A stretch of 64,000 nucleotides of DNA from the NCBI RefSeq assembly GCF_009914755.1, contig NC_060934.1; one strand, 5' to 3'. The DNA is from the human T2T-CHM13v2.0 reference genome, Homo sapiens. A program made the translations under genes and the position numbers. Under the pieces are notes generated by a model, which searched no databases, was not told the origin of the DNA, and saw only the letters and a list, made by a program, of their open reading frames with translations. Below, piece after piece: positions 1-13,529 of the stretch. Positions within the stretch are counted from its first letter, which is position 1. Each line of letters opens with the position of its first letter.

Positions 1-1396
1 TTTACTTCCTCATGTTTCTTAGTCCAGGTGCTCCAAAAGCAGAACCTTAGATCAGAAGTTAGGTGGCGCGAACTCTCCAGCAACTGAAGCTGAAGTCTGA
101 GATGAGCCAATAGGAGGTGCAAGGCATCACAAACATCTGCCCCGTCATGCCTGTCCAGCCCTCAAGGGCCATTCCCAGCATGTCACATCCAGGCAGAGCT
201 GACTGCCTCCCCTGTAGGTATCCTTGTGCACAGACCATTGCTGAAGAGCTCTGTCCTGTCTGCCACTGTCCTGTCCCCCAGCTCTGACCATTGTGGGCTG
301 TATGCCTAGGGCCTCTGCATTCTGTAGGTGTAACAGGTAGGTGGAGGATGGCCAGATGTTGCAGAGGTGTCAAGAGTGTGCTAAAGCAAGAGCCTTGAGC
401 TGAGGGGGAGTAGAAGGTCAGTGCCTGGTCTGACCTTCTTCAGGGGCCTGCAGCACACAAGAGCTTACTTGACAGCAGAGGGAAAACTAAGTACCACCAC
501 CCACTGGGAGCTCACCCCCTCACTGCACAGGGAACACCATGACAGAACTGTGCCCTCAGCCACTTGAGGCCTAGAGGAGCATTTCCTCAATGAGCAGGAC
601 TAATTCACTCTTTGTTGCTGTCAACTCCCCAGCCCTCAGGAGCCCCCACCACTGCATGTGTTGATAAGTCTTCCTCCCCTCTGGAAAACAAACCCATGAT
701 GGAGATGTTGTTATAAGGAATACAAGCCATTTAGAATTGGTTTGTTGTTTTTTTCTTTCTTTTCCCAAGAGAATAACTTGAAGCTGAGAATCCTTAACGA
801 TGGGAAGATTTCTCTTCTCAAGACATTCATGGGTCTACCAGCCACCAACTGATAGCTGATGCTATTTAACCAGCCAGGTCTCTTTGACCCCTACTCCCAC
901 CCATCCACACACTCACACATCAGGGCAGAGTCCACAGCACCAGCGCATCTGTGGCTCTGACCAGAACCCAGTGGAATCTCCCTTTCACTTCAGCACTTCT
1001 ATTCACAATCAATTAAGGTACTCAACAAATGTATGAATGCAGAGAGGTCTTGAACAAAGAGGAAAAAGCAGGACATGACTCAGAAAGGCCAAAGGAAGCC
1101 CTCAGTCTTCCCACAAGTATGTCTGCTTGGAAGGGTGAATACATCCCAGTTCATGGGAACAGGCTTGAGCAATGCTCTTTTCCAGGCATAGATAGGCAGG
1201 CCTTCCCAATGCCCACATATCACCCTAGATGTACCCCTCTTCCATTATATATGTTGCCAGCTCATGAATGTGTTTATCTCAGCAAACTTTGAGCTCTTTA
1301 AGTACTATCTCTAGAACTCAGCACCAATCAAAGCACATAGCTGGTGCTTAATGTATGTTTCATGGCCGAACACATGGTAGACACATGTATGCACAA

Positions 1397-1520
1397 ATGG
1401 AAGGATAGATGAGTGTGTAGATGTATAGGTAAATGGATGGATGGATGAAGTAATGGATGGAGGGATGGATGGATGGATGGATGGGTGGATGGAGTGATGA
1501 AGTGATGGATGGATGGATGG

Positions 1521-1551
<31 letters not shown>

Positions 1552-1578
1552 CATGGAGTGATTGATGGATGGATGGAT
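1397..1578 (+). repeat. (TGGA)n imperfect microsatellite, probably grown from an L2 3' tail
   Basis: Runs of ggatggatggat, preceded by L2-like 3' sequence (gcacatagctggtgcttaatgtatg). It explains the HPSI-repeat ORFs. Confidence 0.9.
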
Positions 1579-2834
1579 TTTCTCAGAAGGCATACACTAA
1601 CCATGTTTTACAAAAAAGAGAAATTATAGAAAATGGATAGCAGATAAAAGAGATTTTATCCCTCCAACTTTGACTTTGGACAGAGCCTCCTTTGTTCAAA
1701 CAGCAATTTGTTCTTGTCTAAAACCTCCTCAAAACATCTTCTTGATCTTCCCATGGAGCTGTTTCCATCTACTCCACTTACTCCTAACTCTTCCCTGGTA
1801 AGATATTGTCTCTCCCTGCCTTGGGCATAATCTAACACTGCAGTAATAATCTGTGGCTCCCCCATCTTCTCTCCAACCTCAGCATCCTCACTGAGACGAC
1901 CTACTTTGTGCAAACTGACTTTAGCTGACAGTTCACTGGTGGGGATGCGGAGGGTAGGAAAGGCCCTAACCTCACAACCTATTCAGAGAAGGGATTCTTG
2001 GATGAAAAAAATCACAAGTAGATGGTAGAAAGGCAGTTTATGCTTGGGGCCCTCTCCAGAGCCTGATAAACATAAAAGAAGCCTTTCCTCAGGGAAGATG
2101 GCTGGATATCAGTGTCAGGGTTGGTCATGCCAAGCCCCTGAGAAGGAAGTCTGGAAGGAGAGAGGCTCCCAGATGCATGGATGCTCACTCGTCATTGACC
2201 ACCAGGGGCCAACAGCCCAGGCTGGAGTCACAGGCCACAGGTGCAGAGAATGAGGCCCGGCTTGGAGAAGTCCTTGCCTCCCTCCCTCATATTGTAGGTT
2301 ATGCACAGTACAGAGTCCATTAGCAAAGGTAAGGCAAGCAAGCAGATGCTGTCACTATTTAAACACTCATCCCCATGCAAGCAGGAGCCCAGGGCTCTGG
2401 GTGACCTAGGAACACTGCAGCATAAAATTCCAGGAACCAAAAAAGCATTCCAGGTAAGAGTAAATTTGAGAAGCAAAAGAGAGGTCAGAGTGTCAAGGCC
2501 ATGGGCATGGCAGAGGAGAGACCTGGCTGCAAAGCAAAATACCTGGAGCCAGGTCAGAGATGCTAGAGGGAGTGAAGTCAAGGCCAGACAGAAGCCAGGA
2601 AAAGGGCTTGAGGCCTTCCTGGCAGCTCATGGGCTCTATTGTAAGTGAGGAGAGAGCTGGAAGAGGGACTGGATGGTTTCATTTAGCCACTCCAGAGATT
2701 TTCGGCAAGTTTCTCTCACTAATTACCATACAGTACGACTCTCACACTAGGGTTGCAGCTTAGGCAAGTGGTCTAATAGGAACAGCAACAGCTTTGGATT
2801 CATTCCAGCCTGGACCAGCTTTGCTCACTGCTGG

Positions 2835-2900
2835 ACCCCAGGTCTCCACAGTAGTGCGTGGATACAGCAAGCACTCAATAAATGTTGATGGAACGAGTGA
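2835..2900 (+). mobile_element. L2 3'-end remnant
   Basis: cagtagtgcgtggatacagcaagcactcaataaatgttgatggaacgagtga resembles the L2 3' terminus. Confidence 0.55.
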
Positions 2901-5211
2901 AGTAGATCTCCACTAGCATCCATTTGCTGAGTGATGTTGAACAAGCTGTTGAACACTCTGAGACTTATCTTGATAACAATAAAATACAGTGTGATCTGGG
3001 CCCCTGGAGAGGTACAATGTGGCAGCCCTGATTTACCCACCTGTGGAATGCAGATGGTAATACCCCTGTGTGCCAAGTACTATTCTAAGATCTTTGCATG
3101 CATCTTCATCTTTAGAGGGAGCAGAGACAGAAATGAATAGAAGAGGCAAATAAAATATCTATGCAGCTTCCAGATTTCAATATGTATGAGCTGAGAGCTC
3201 CTCCAGGGATGTCCCCAGAAGCTGGGGTCAGCACCAGTCTGGATGCAGAACATGAGGACTACTGTGAAAATGCATTTGTATCCTCCAACACCACTCGTTC
3301 TCTCCCACAAAGCCCCTTGGGTCCCTAAAGCCTTCCAAAGGCACAAAGGGATCATGTCTGACTCCTATAGCTTGAGGGTCAGAGATCAAGCAAGAATCAG
3401 CACTGAATATTAATTCCCAGTCCCACCTGAAATCTGCTCACCTGAGCACCCGTGTACATGTCCCTGGCCTCCTCCAGGCCCCAGCAGCACAGCCACAGCT
3501 GCCACAGCCCCCAGGGTCTGAGCCACACCTTTCAGGGCTACATGATCTGAGGTGTTGCAGGGCTGCCCTTTAAGGGAAAGGCCACTTCTCTGCCCCTAGG
3601 ATGTTTCATAAAAGGTACAAACACAGGAAGGCTCAGAGAGTGTGTGTTGTGTGGTGGAGGGTGGAGGGGGAAGCTTTATAATACCCTGACTCTGGTTCCT
3701 GAGAGGGAGACAGTGTGGCCTGCTGCAGTCAAAGGCCAGACATTCACATAGCAAGGCTGGCTCAGCCACGGGAGCCTTTGGCACAGTGGATTCTGCAATG
3801 AGATCAGCGAGGTGTGCAGGGGAGGTGGGGAAGGCAGGCAGGGTATGGCTGGAACAAAGGCCAGCTGCAGTCCAGCATCCATGGAAGGCATGTGCTCTGC
3901 ACTCCACCCTCTGACCAGCTCAGGGGTTTCAGTCCTGGAGAAGCTTCCAGATGAGGACTCAATTGAGTGAGGACTCAATGGTCACCTCCCATTTTGGGGG
4001 TGGAGTTCAGGTGCCCTTATTTTTACCTAGGGAGATGGTAACCACTGGTTAACCTGTCTCCAGCCTCAGATCCTCCCTTTCCACACTGCACAGAGTTGCC
4101 TTTCTCAGATACACGTCTTCCACATCACATCACCAAGGGCAGAGCCCCAGTTGCTGTTGTCCCCTCCAAGTTACTTCCCAACTTCTTGCCTCTCACCCCT
4201 TGCCCCAGGCACAGTGAACTCTTCCCCTGCTCTCTCAGGCCTCTGAGCCTGTGCACATGCCAGTTTCCCTAATCAGGACCTGCTACAACATGGAAATTAA
4301 AATTCCTAATTTTGAGAGGTTTATAAGAATTAGGAAGGAACATTTATGAAAGGTCTAACATAAGAAGAAATGCATAACAAATGCATAAATGGGTATTTAT
4401 GCAATTACTGAAAGTTGAATAACAGTTTTAAACATGTTCTTAGAAACATAAAGTTAAAGAGATGTCAAGGCATTTGCAAAAAAGATGCCTCTTCTTAGAA
4501 GACAAGTGGTGGTGGATAGAGGCTGCTGGGGAAAGAGATGGGAGCTCTGTGTGAATAAATGTAGAATTGGCCATCTCCCACCAGAATCCCAGGCTATGCA
4601 TTTCCCTGAGATAGCAGGATCCTGGCAAGGTATAAATTTCCAACATCAGTTGCCCATGCAGGAGGTGGGTCCTCAGAAAGATAATGGGAAAGGTAGGAGG
4701 CGTCTCTGGGAAGCAGGAGAGAACTCAGCCGTGAGCTCTTGTTGGGGGCTTGCAGCTCTTGAGAGACCCAGATGGACACTCTCGGCTGCTGGATAATTAG
4801 AGATGAGTCACAAGAAGTTGACTGAGGACCAGGGATGGAAAAATAGATTTTTTAAAAAGTTATTACCAGAATTTCTATTACATCAGTGACTATATTTTAT
4901 TTAGGAAAATACCTTGTGGCAGCAGGAGCAAAGGCCACCAGTGAGACTTTAAATTGATCTTCATGAGAAAATAAGGAACCAAGACCCAGAGGGAGGAAAT
5001 GGAGGGAGGGCAGGGAAGCAAGCAAGATGAGGAGATAATGGAGCACTGGGGGCAGGGAAGCAGTGCTCAGAAACACTGCACATTCCCCAGCGGGGAGGGG
5101 CTTCAAAGGCTGAATCCTGCTTGAGCAGCTACAATGCAAATGCCCCACCCAACTCCCCATCGCGTACAACACCGGCTCTGGGCTCTGAGGCTCCTGAGGA
5201 GACGCGAAGGC

Positions 5212-5568
5212 TGCCTTAGTCCACTCAGGTCACTGTAACAAAAAAACACAGACTGGGTGGCTTATAAGCAACAAAAATTTAACTTCTCACCGTTCTGAAG
5301 CCTGGCAAGTACAAGATCAAGGTGCCTACAGATTCTGTGTCTGGTGAGGACGTGCTTTTTGGCTCATAAGTGGTGCTTTCTCATCTTGCCCTGGCAGAGT
5401 GGAAGAGGAGAAGTCTGGTCTCTTCAGCTCCTTATATGGGCACGAATCCCATTTATGAGGGCTCCCCCCCTCATCACCTCCCAAAGGTCCCACCTCCTAA
5501 TACTGTCACCTTGGGGATTAGGTTTCGACATGGAAATTTTGGAGGGATACAAACATCCAGACCATAGT
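5212..5568 (-). mobile_element. MaLR solo LTR (MLT1A/MLT1A0-like)
   Basis: Typical MLT1 motifs: cttagtcc...gactgggtggcttataa...caagatcaaggtgcc...gattctgtgtctggtgagg...cccaaaggtcccacctcctaatac...ttttggagggatacaaacat. Confidence 0.8.
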
Positions 5569-8018
5569 GGATGTCTTGTGCAGAAGGGAATTTGTTGTCT
5601 TGTTGAAACCAGGAAGGCACTGACTTTCCACCTGGGCAAGCACTGGGCAGGGTAGAGGCAGGCACATTGGAAGCCCAGGTGTTCTGGTCAGTTATTGAGT
5701 CCCTGGGAGCAGGATCAGGACCAGAGATAATAAGCATATAAACCCCCCATGAAGTGTGTTGAGCTCCTCAGGAGTGCTGCAGGCTGCCAGGTCGATCCAG
5801 CTAAGACCTCTGCCCCTATCAGTGGGGGAGAGGCCCCTGGAGGACAGGAGGGTGTGCCTGCCGGGTGGCCAGGCTATCTGCCTTCCTGGCAGCAGCACAT
5901 GCCTTCTCTGTAGTAAGTCTGAGACTTCAGTCACGTTTTATTAGGGTATTCCAGCCTAGTATTTGTTATGCTCTGGGGCCCAGGGAATTGTTGTGCATCC
6001 GCATTATCAAGGTAAAAATCATTCTTGGAGGAGAAGGAAGATGAATCACAGGCCAGGGTCAGAACCAGACCATTATCCTCCCAACACCAAAGCTGGAAGT
6101 GTGGAAAATGTTTTCATTAAGAAAGGCTGCATTTCCTCCAGGCTTCTGAAGAACCCAGCTTTCTCTTCCCTCTGTCATTAATCAAGCAAAGTGGACAGTT
6201 CAGTGAGACATCACAGAGGCAAACAGTAGGAACTGACCTCTGACCAAATCCTCAGACAGGTTGTGGTTGGCCGGCAAAGTTAGACAAGCAGCTGACAGAG
6301 GGATCAGCGGGGAGGACAAGTTGACACCCAGATGTCACAGCTTGAGAAATCCATGCCAGGTGTAGTCTCTGCCAAACTGCTGCCAGTCCAGCTGTCCTGG
6401 GAGAGGGCACCACAGCCAAGCCTCAGGAGGAAGCAGATGGTAAGAGAGGGCACAGTGGATGCAGGGAGCTCCACTCACTGCTGAATCTGAGGCGACGGTG
6501 TGAAAGTGAAGAGGGCTATCTGTCCACACCCAAGGCTTCCTGGGCTCCAAATGCACACATGGCTGCCTGCAGCCAGAATAGCAGCCAGTTGCAGCCAAGG
6601 AGAACACTTGCGCAATTGTCTCCGACAAAGCCTTCCCCACTCTCCATGTTAAATGCTCCCATATGGGTTTTTAGGGCTAAGTAAACCATTGAAAGTGACA
6701 TGAAATCCAAGGTAGCTGGTATGGGGAGGCTCAGTGAAGCTCCAGAGGACAAGCTTCTACCAACAGGTTGACAAAAACCTTTTAGCCATGGAAGAGTACA
6801 GAAAACCCTAAAAAATAGGGATGTTAGAGGGAGAGGGGTTGAAATCCTCTAATAGAGTGTGTGCAGCACAGAGGAGGAATGATTCAATCAAGCCATTCGA
6901 CAATTTTAAAATGCACAAAGAAGAGAAATTTCAACCTGAGGGAGCATTTTATGGTAATACCACATTAGCCCCCAAAGCTTAATTCAGGGATCCGGCTCCA
7001 CAGTGACCACACAACACAGTTTACATCATTTGCCTGTCACCCCTTAGAAACACATTTGAATATAAATGGGGGGATGGCTATGTGACAATACGCCTCTTAC
7101 TTCAATTGCAGCCCTGATGTCACAGGGCAGTACAGTTCCAGAGACAGAGTACGTTACAGATTCTCCTCTGAGCAAAGATGTCTGTGAAATCTTAGCAAAG
7201 TCTCAGGGTTCTGAGGGACTGGTTATCACTTTTATTACTGGCTGAGTCAGACAAGTCCTAAACTAACTTGTCAAGGAAACAAGAATCAAAAACACACAAA
7301 TAAGACAGTGCTTTGTGGGGAAAAATAAACAACAGTGCTGCATGCTGGCAAATGCAAAGCTTTTGGAGCACTAGGGGTCACATATTTAGGTATTTTTCTT
7401 CCCAGGGACTTTCCTTCTGCTAAATAGGAACCAAACTGATTTGCTATAATAGTTCTTGGTTGGCTTTAGAGCACAGAAAGCCCTGACCACAAGCCTCATA
7501 GAGGATGACAGAGTTTCTGAGGCCAGCTCAATAGAGAAGCTAAGGGATGGATACTCTTGCAAAAATTCCCTGTTCTTCTTGGTCCTCCCAGAAACTTCTA
7601 AACCAGAATGATCTTCCCAAGAGCAGCCATTTGGTGGGGGGGAAGAAAGATGGACTGGAGAGCTCCATTTCCAAAAGGATCTTCACTAATTTCATCAAGA
7701 CAAAGTTAATAATCCATGACATAATTTTTTTTTTCCTTGAGTTGTTCTAAACATGTTAGAGTCTTCTCGATAAATCTCACAGCTAGAGGCTAGTAGAAAT
7801 TAGTTTGCCTTCCACACTGTCATTAAGAAAGAAAGAAGTGGTAATAGCTATGGAGGAAACTGGAAGGGAATGGCTTGTAAATGAGATGAATCTACCAGCT
7901 GCCCAAGTAGTTGTTGGGCAGGATGAATACATAAATCCACATTTTCCTCTCATGATACCGCCTTGCAAGGAAGCAGATGCAACAAATGGAGACAGAGATT
8001 CCTTTAATAAAGTGTTTT

Positions 8019-8020
8019 AC

Positions 8021-8104
<84 letters not shown>
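8019..8104 (+). repeat. Compound (TA)n(GA)n microsatellite
   Basis: atatatat... followed by gagagaga..., read directly from the sequence. Confidence 0.95.
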
Positions 8105-8105
<1 letters not shown>

Positions 8106-8494
8106 CATCTAGGGTCAGTTTAACTTGTACTGAGACCTGCATTCTTAATAGATTCATCCTTTAATTCCTTATCAAGGGTCTTCAATGAGCAGGGTCTTGT
8201 GGCCTTGTATAAAGAACTACATGAGCCTAAAATACAAAGCCTCTCATCTCCCAAGCAAGGAAGCTATGATTGAGTACCCATGGGAGAGATGTGGACAGTA
8301 AGTGGTACACAAAGCCTGTGATAAGGGGCTGGAAAGATAGAAACTGCCCTCCCACCTGCAGTGATGCCTTTAAAAAGCATGCTTGGAGATAGGTAGACTA
8401 AATCACACCAAAAAAAAAAAAAAAAAAAGGCTATGTTCACCCTTTCCATGGAAACCCTGAATGTACCTGTCCACCTCCACAGTAATGATGATAA

Positions 8495-8735
8495 TAGGTT
8501 AAGTATCCCATATCTGAAATGCTTAGGACAAGAAGTGTTTTTATTTGGGATTTTTTTTTTTCAGATTTTGAAATATTTGCATTATATTCCAATTCCAGTT
8601 GAGCATCCTTAATCCAAAAATGCAAAATCTGAAATACCCCAATGGGCACTTTTTTTAGTGTCATTTTGGCACTCAAAAATTTCAGATTTCAGAGTACTTC
8701 AGATTTCGGATTTTCATATTAGAGATACTCAACTG
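8495..8735 (+). mobile_element. Tigger4a (Zombi/MER46A-type) TcMar MITE
   Basis: Starts taggttaagtatcccatatctgaaatgcttaggac and ends ttagagatactcaactg followed by TA. Internal cagttgagcatcc...aatctgaaat motifs match the Tigger4a consensus. Confidence 0.8.
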
Positions 8736-8739
8736 TACT

Positions 8740-8936
8740 GCTAATAGCCAGCTCTGAACTGAATGCTTTCCGTATGTTCTCCGATTTAATTTTAATTATG
8801 ACTCTGGGGGATAATATTCTAACCCCCAATTTAGAGAGGAGGGAACTGAGGCGCAGAATGATAAACAAATAATAATAATGAAATAATTGGCTAGTAACTA
8901 GAGTTATCAGGATTTGAACCCAGGTGACTTGATTCC
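8740..8936 (-). mobile_element. MIR SINE
   Basis: MIR core ccaatttagagaggagggaactgaggcgcaga...ggatttgaacccagg. Confidence 0.7.
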
Positions 8937-10973
8937 TCTTTTACTGTTGCTGCTATTACTACAAGATTCCTGTAGTGTTGCACTTCAGCTTTGCTCTTTA
9001 TGCAATGCCTGGGTCTCAGCAGGAACAGAGGGAGGCATAGTGTCCCAGGGTTCCTGGATCTGACACTGCATTTACCTCATTTGATGATGTCCGGCCACAT
9101 ATCTGGGAGCTGTGCCTTTGTTTCTCCTCTCCATGGGCACGTGTCATTTAAGTAGGCCCTCAGCTAGATTCCCCTTTGAACCCCTCAGTCTCTCTTTCTC
9201 TCTCCTCCAGTGAAAAGACTTTTTGCATCCAATGTGTCTGATATGCAACCAAAGGGCCCACCTGCGCCTTTCACCCACAGCAAAAGGGGGCATCACAGGC
9301 CTCAACAAGAAGCACTTTCTTCTTTCCCCTGCTCTAACCTTTGCAGACACTTCTGTGCCATGGAAAGTGGCCCCATCTTTGTTCTTCAAGGAGACTGAGT
9401 GCAGTTTAACTAAGACCTAGAGAATGATTTAGGGCATATGAGGCAAGGGTGCCATGTATTTGGGGAGGGAGGAAGCCCTTCAAAGGAGAGAGAAGCTAGA
9501 AAGACCCTGCAGGGAGTGAGACCCTCACAGGCTCTGGCCCCACAGAGAGCAAAGGGATTCCCCTCTCCCGCTGCACTGGGTGGGAATGGGCACACACTCC
9601 CTGAGCCCCATTGTTTAAGGCCATTTCCACCCACATGGAGGCTGGGAATCATGACTACAGAGGCACAGTGAGAGGAACTTACTTGGCCTTCGCCATTTCT
9701 TCCAGACTCCACATACAGGAAGGCAGAATAAACCAGCAGCATCTCAACGTAAACTCTTGCCTTTCACTCTGACTCGGGTGTCCAGGGCTCTTGAGTCCAT
9801 GAGTGATGCGGGGGCCTTGGGTCCACTCTCTTGGCCACCCCTCCACCGCCTTAGAAAGACCCCAGACACTCTGGTGGGCTCCCTGGAGCACAGACACTAG
9901 TGGAATGGGGATTATTCCAGCTAAAATCAATGTCTGCTGTGTTTCCACCTCAACCAAGAAAACATTTCTCATGTTTACCATCCGTTGAGGCATGTTTCCT
10001 TTTTCTCTCCACATATGAGATTATAGAGTAGATTCATTCCTTTGGCAAATTTGACACATGTCCACACCCTACTCAAGATTCCACAAATTCCCTTCCACAA
10101 AATGTGCAGCCCCTGATACAGTGAGAGCAAAATGTTATGGGGTGGGGCTGATACTCAGGTGGCAGATACAGCCGTCTCTGTTCTGCAACCCCAATTTCTA
10201 ACCCTCATGCCTGGCTGGGTAAAGATGGTGGAACTAGTTTCAAATGCTGAATGGCAAGCATATCACATGTACAAACTTCTGTGCAATTTCCACAAACCCA
10301 AGTGGAAGAAATTTCCTTCTGTCCTGGTGCTCTCACTAAGCATCAGTGAAAGTTTTCTGAGGCACCACATTCCTAACCTAGAAGTGGATTTGAGGCTGCC
10401 AGTGGGTACTCTCCACACTACTTCCCTGTTGCTCCCAAACACCCAGAGAGAAACCACCTCTTACACTAGGCACATAGCTCTCCATCGTATTCCAAGGCCC
10501 AAGACAAGCTAGTGCCGACTGCACATACTTAGGGTTGAAGGACTGACCAGAAACACTTGGTACCTCTGGGCCTTGGAAGGAACCATGCGGGTGGGGTTCC
10601 ATGTTATGGTCCTGCTGTCCTGCCCCTCCCTGCTCAGCTGAGCATCCAACAGTGTCCTGGGTGACCCAAGCCTCAGCACTCAGCCAATGTGCTGGGATAG
10701 TCCCATCTTGCTTTGCAAGGGTCGTGTCTATATTAACAAGAACCTAAAACAGGTTCAAAATGATCACTTCCCAAAGAAGACTCCACCCCCAGCCCTGCCA
10801 GATGAACACATTCCCACAAAGAAGTCATCACAGAGACATAAGAGACAGGAATCTCTTTACCCTCTATGCATGTGACTTTTAAATACCAGAGACACCCGGT
10901 GAGCCAATAAGCCCTGTCTGCTGACAACAGGCATAATTGCCTGCTCGTGCTGTTCAGAGACACTGCCCAGTCA

Positions 10974-11285
<312 letters not shown>

Positions 11286-11761
11286 CTAGAAAAATAACCA
11301 GGCCCATGCTTACCATCCACTCATGAACTATCTCTGCAAGAGACCTATCAGGAGGCATCTAGGCCAGCAGCCTGAAAAGCTGATGCCAAAGAGGGCAAGG
11401 GATTGGGCCCAGGTCACACAGTTCATTAGTTGCTTATTCACAAATAATACTTGCTATCCCTTAGAGGCAAACAAGATTAGTCAACATTTTCCCTGAAGGC
11501 TAGAAAAAGACGTTTGAGACTAAACCACTGGTGCACTGGTTTCCACAGGTGTGAAGCTTTTAGGAACTAATGCCATAAAAGGTCATGGTAGACATTAGCA
11601 AGACAGAAAGGCTAACTTTCCTTTTGGGAGTCACCTACCTGATTCTGACAAGGAAAGCTGGGTTTCTCTGCCATAGTTGATCAATATACAATGAGTTTCC
11701 ATGAATTCTTCCAGAATTACATTCATTTTACAAAATATTTGCACACGAATTTTGAGAATAT

Positions 11762-11880
11762 ATCCATTCATTTATTCACTATTCATTCCACAAAATCTAC
11801 CTATATCTCTGAAGTTTGTTCTGTACTAAGCACTGTGGATACAGCCAGAAAAAAATCAGGCCCTATCCTGTCCCATAAAT
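11762..11880 (-). mobile_element. L2 3'-end fragment
   Basis: attcatttattcactattcattccacaaa...ctgtactaagcactgtggatacagc. Confidence 0.6.
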
Positions 11881-12106
11881 CTCATGGGCATCCTAGGATG
11901 GATTATGCCAAGTTCCAGGGCTAAGGAAACCTATGTGCTGTCTATATTGACTACAAAAAGCCCTTTGCTCACATTAGCTTATTTAGTGCTCACAACATCC
12001 CATCCTGGTATGATCCACTGTGGAGCATAGAAATAGCAGGGGGAGGAGACCACAGGAGCTCTTTCCAGAACAGGGCTTCCATGAGGAATCTGACAAGGGG
12101 TGGACT

Positions 12107-12646
12107 TGTGATGGTTAATATTGAGTATCAACTTGATTGGATTGAAGGATGCAAAGTATTGTTCCTGGGTGTGTCTGTGAGGGTGTTGCCAAAGGATTTT
12201 AACATTTGAGTCAGTGGTCTGGGAGAGGCAGACCCGCCCTCAATCTCAGTGGGCAACATCTAATCAGCTGCCAGCATAGGTAGAATAAAGCAGGCAGAAG
12301 AAGCTGGAAAGAGCAGACTTGCTGAGTCTTCCAACCTCCATCTTTCTCCCGTGCTGGATGCTTCCTGCCTGTGAACATCAGACTCCAAGTTCTTCAGCTT
12401 TTGGACTCTTGTACTTACACCAGCGATTTTCCAGCCGCTCTCAGGCCTTCGGCCACAGGCTGAAGGCTGCACTGTGGCTTCCCTACTTTTGAGGTTTTGG
12501 GACTCAGACTGGCTCCTCAGTTTGCAGACAGCCTATTGTGGAACTTCACCTTGTGATCGTGTGAGCCAATACTCCTTAATAAACTCCCTTTCATATATAC
12601 TTCTATCCTATTAGTCCTATGCCTCTAGAGAACCCTGACTAATACA
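12107..12646 (+). mobile_element. MLT2A-family (HERV-L) LTR, ~540 bp, likely MLT2A2
   Basis: Starts TGTGATGGTTAATATTGAGTATCAACTTGATTGGATTGAAGG and ends CTAGAGAACCCTGACTAATACA (TG...CA termini), with AATAAA at 12578. Confidence 0.88.
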
Positions 12647-13176
12647 GATTTTGTTTCTGGCTAACAAGTTCTGGAGGAGAAACTTGCTAGCCAAAGTGCC
12701 GCTGGTAGGCAGGGCACAGTTGCAGTTGAGGAGTTGGTGGTGCTGTGGAAGGAAGGTGGAGGGAGCTGCCAATAGCTCCCTGTTCCAGGTAGAGGGTAGA
12801 GGCAGCAGGGAGTGTGAAATGCTAAAGCCTTAGATGACCTGGGGAGGGACAGAGCAACTGGTCCCCTGCAGGGAATGCTTGTGGGGCAGAAGGAACAGTG
12901 GTCAGTGGCAGGGCTAGAGCCCCATTCAGGGCCAGATGGGAGAACAGAGGGTCAGTACACCCCACAAAATGCTAATATTAAGGGAGACAAGGAGCTCTTG
13001 AAAGGATCTGGGCTCAAACAAGCCATAGATTTACATTTTTGAAAATCTCTGACTGCGGTAGGGAGAGAGGATTAGAGAGGAACAAAACTGGAGGAGGAGA
13101 GAGCAGAGAAGAGAGCACCCTTCTCTGTAGCTGTGTGCAACATGGGAACTACAACAAAAATGGAAACTAACACATA

Positions 13177-13529
13177 CAGACGCCCCTCAACTTAAGATGG
13201 GCTTACATCCTGACAAACCCATCATACGTTGAAAATATCATAAATAAAAAATGCATTTAATCCTCCTAGCCGACGAACATCGCAGCTTAGCCTTGCTCAG
13301 AATGCTCACGTTAGCCTACAGTTGGGCAAACTCACCCAACAGAAAGCCTATTTTATAATAAAGTGTTGAATATCTCACAGAATTTCTTGAATGCTGTACT
13401 GACAGTGAAAAACAGAATGGTTTTATGGGTACTAAACTGGGTATTCTACTGAATGTGTATCATTTTCATGCCATTGTAAAGTCAAAAAATTGTAAGTCAA
13501 ACCATTCTAAGTCAGGATAAGTCAGCCTG
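13177..13529 (+). mobile_element. MER47A-like TcMar-Tigger MITE
   Basis: TA|CAGACGCCCCTCAACTTAAGATGG...GTCAGCCTG|TA with TA target duplications. The interior matches MER47A. Confidence 0.8.

Noticed and set aside
1311-1604. HPSI-repeat ORFs
   Set aside because: Translation of the (TCCA)n microsatellite.
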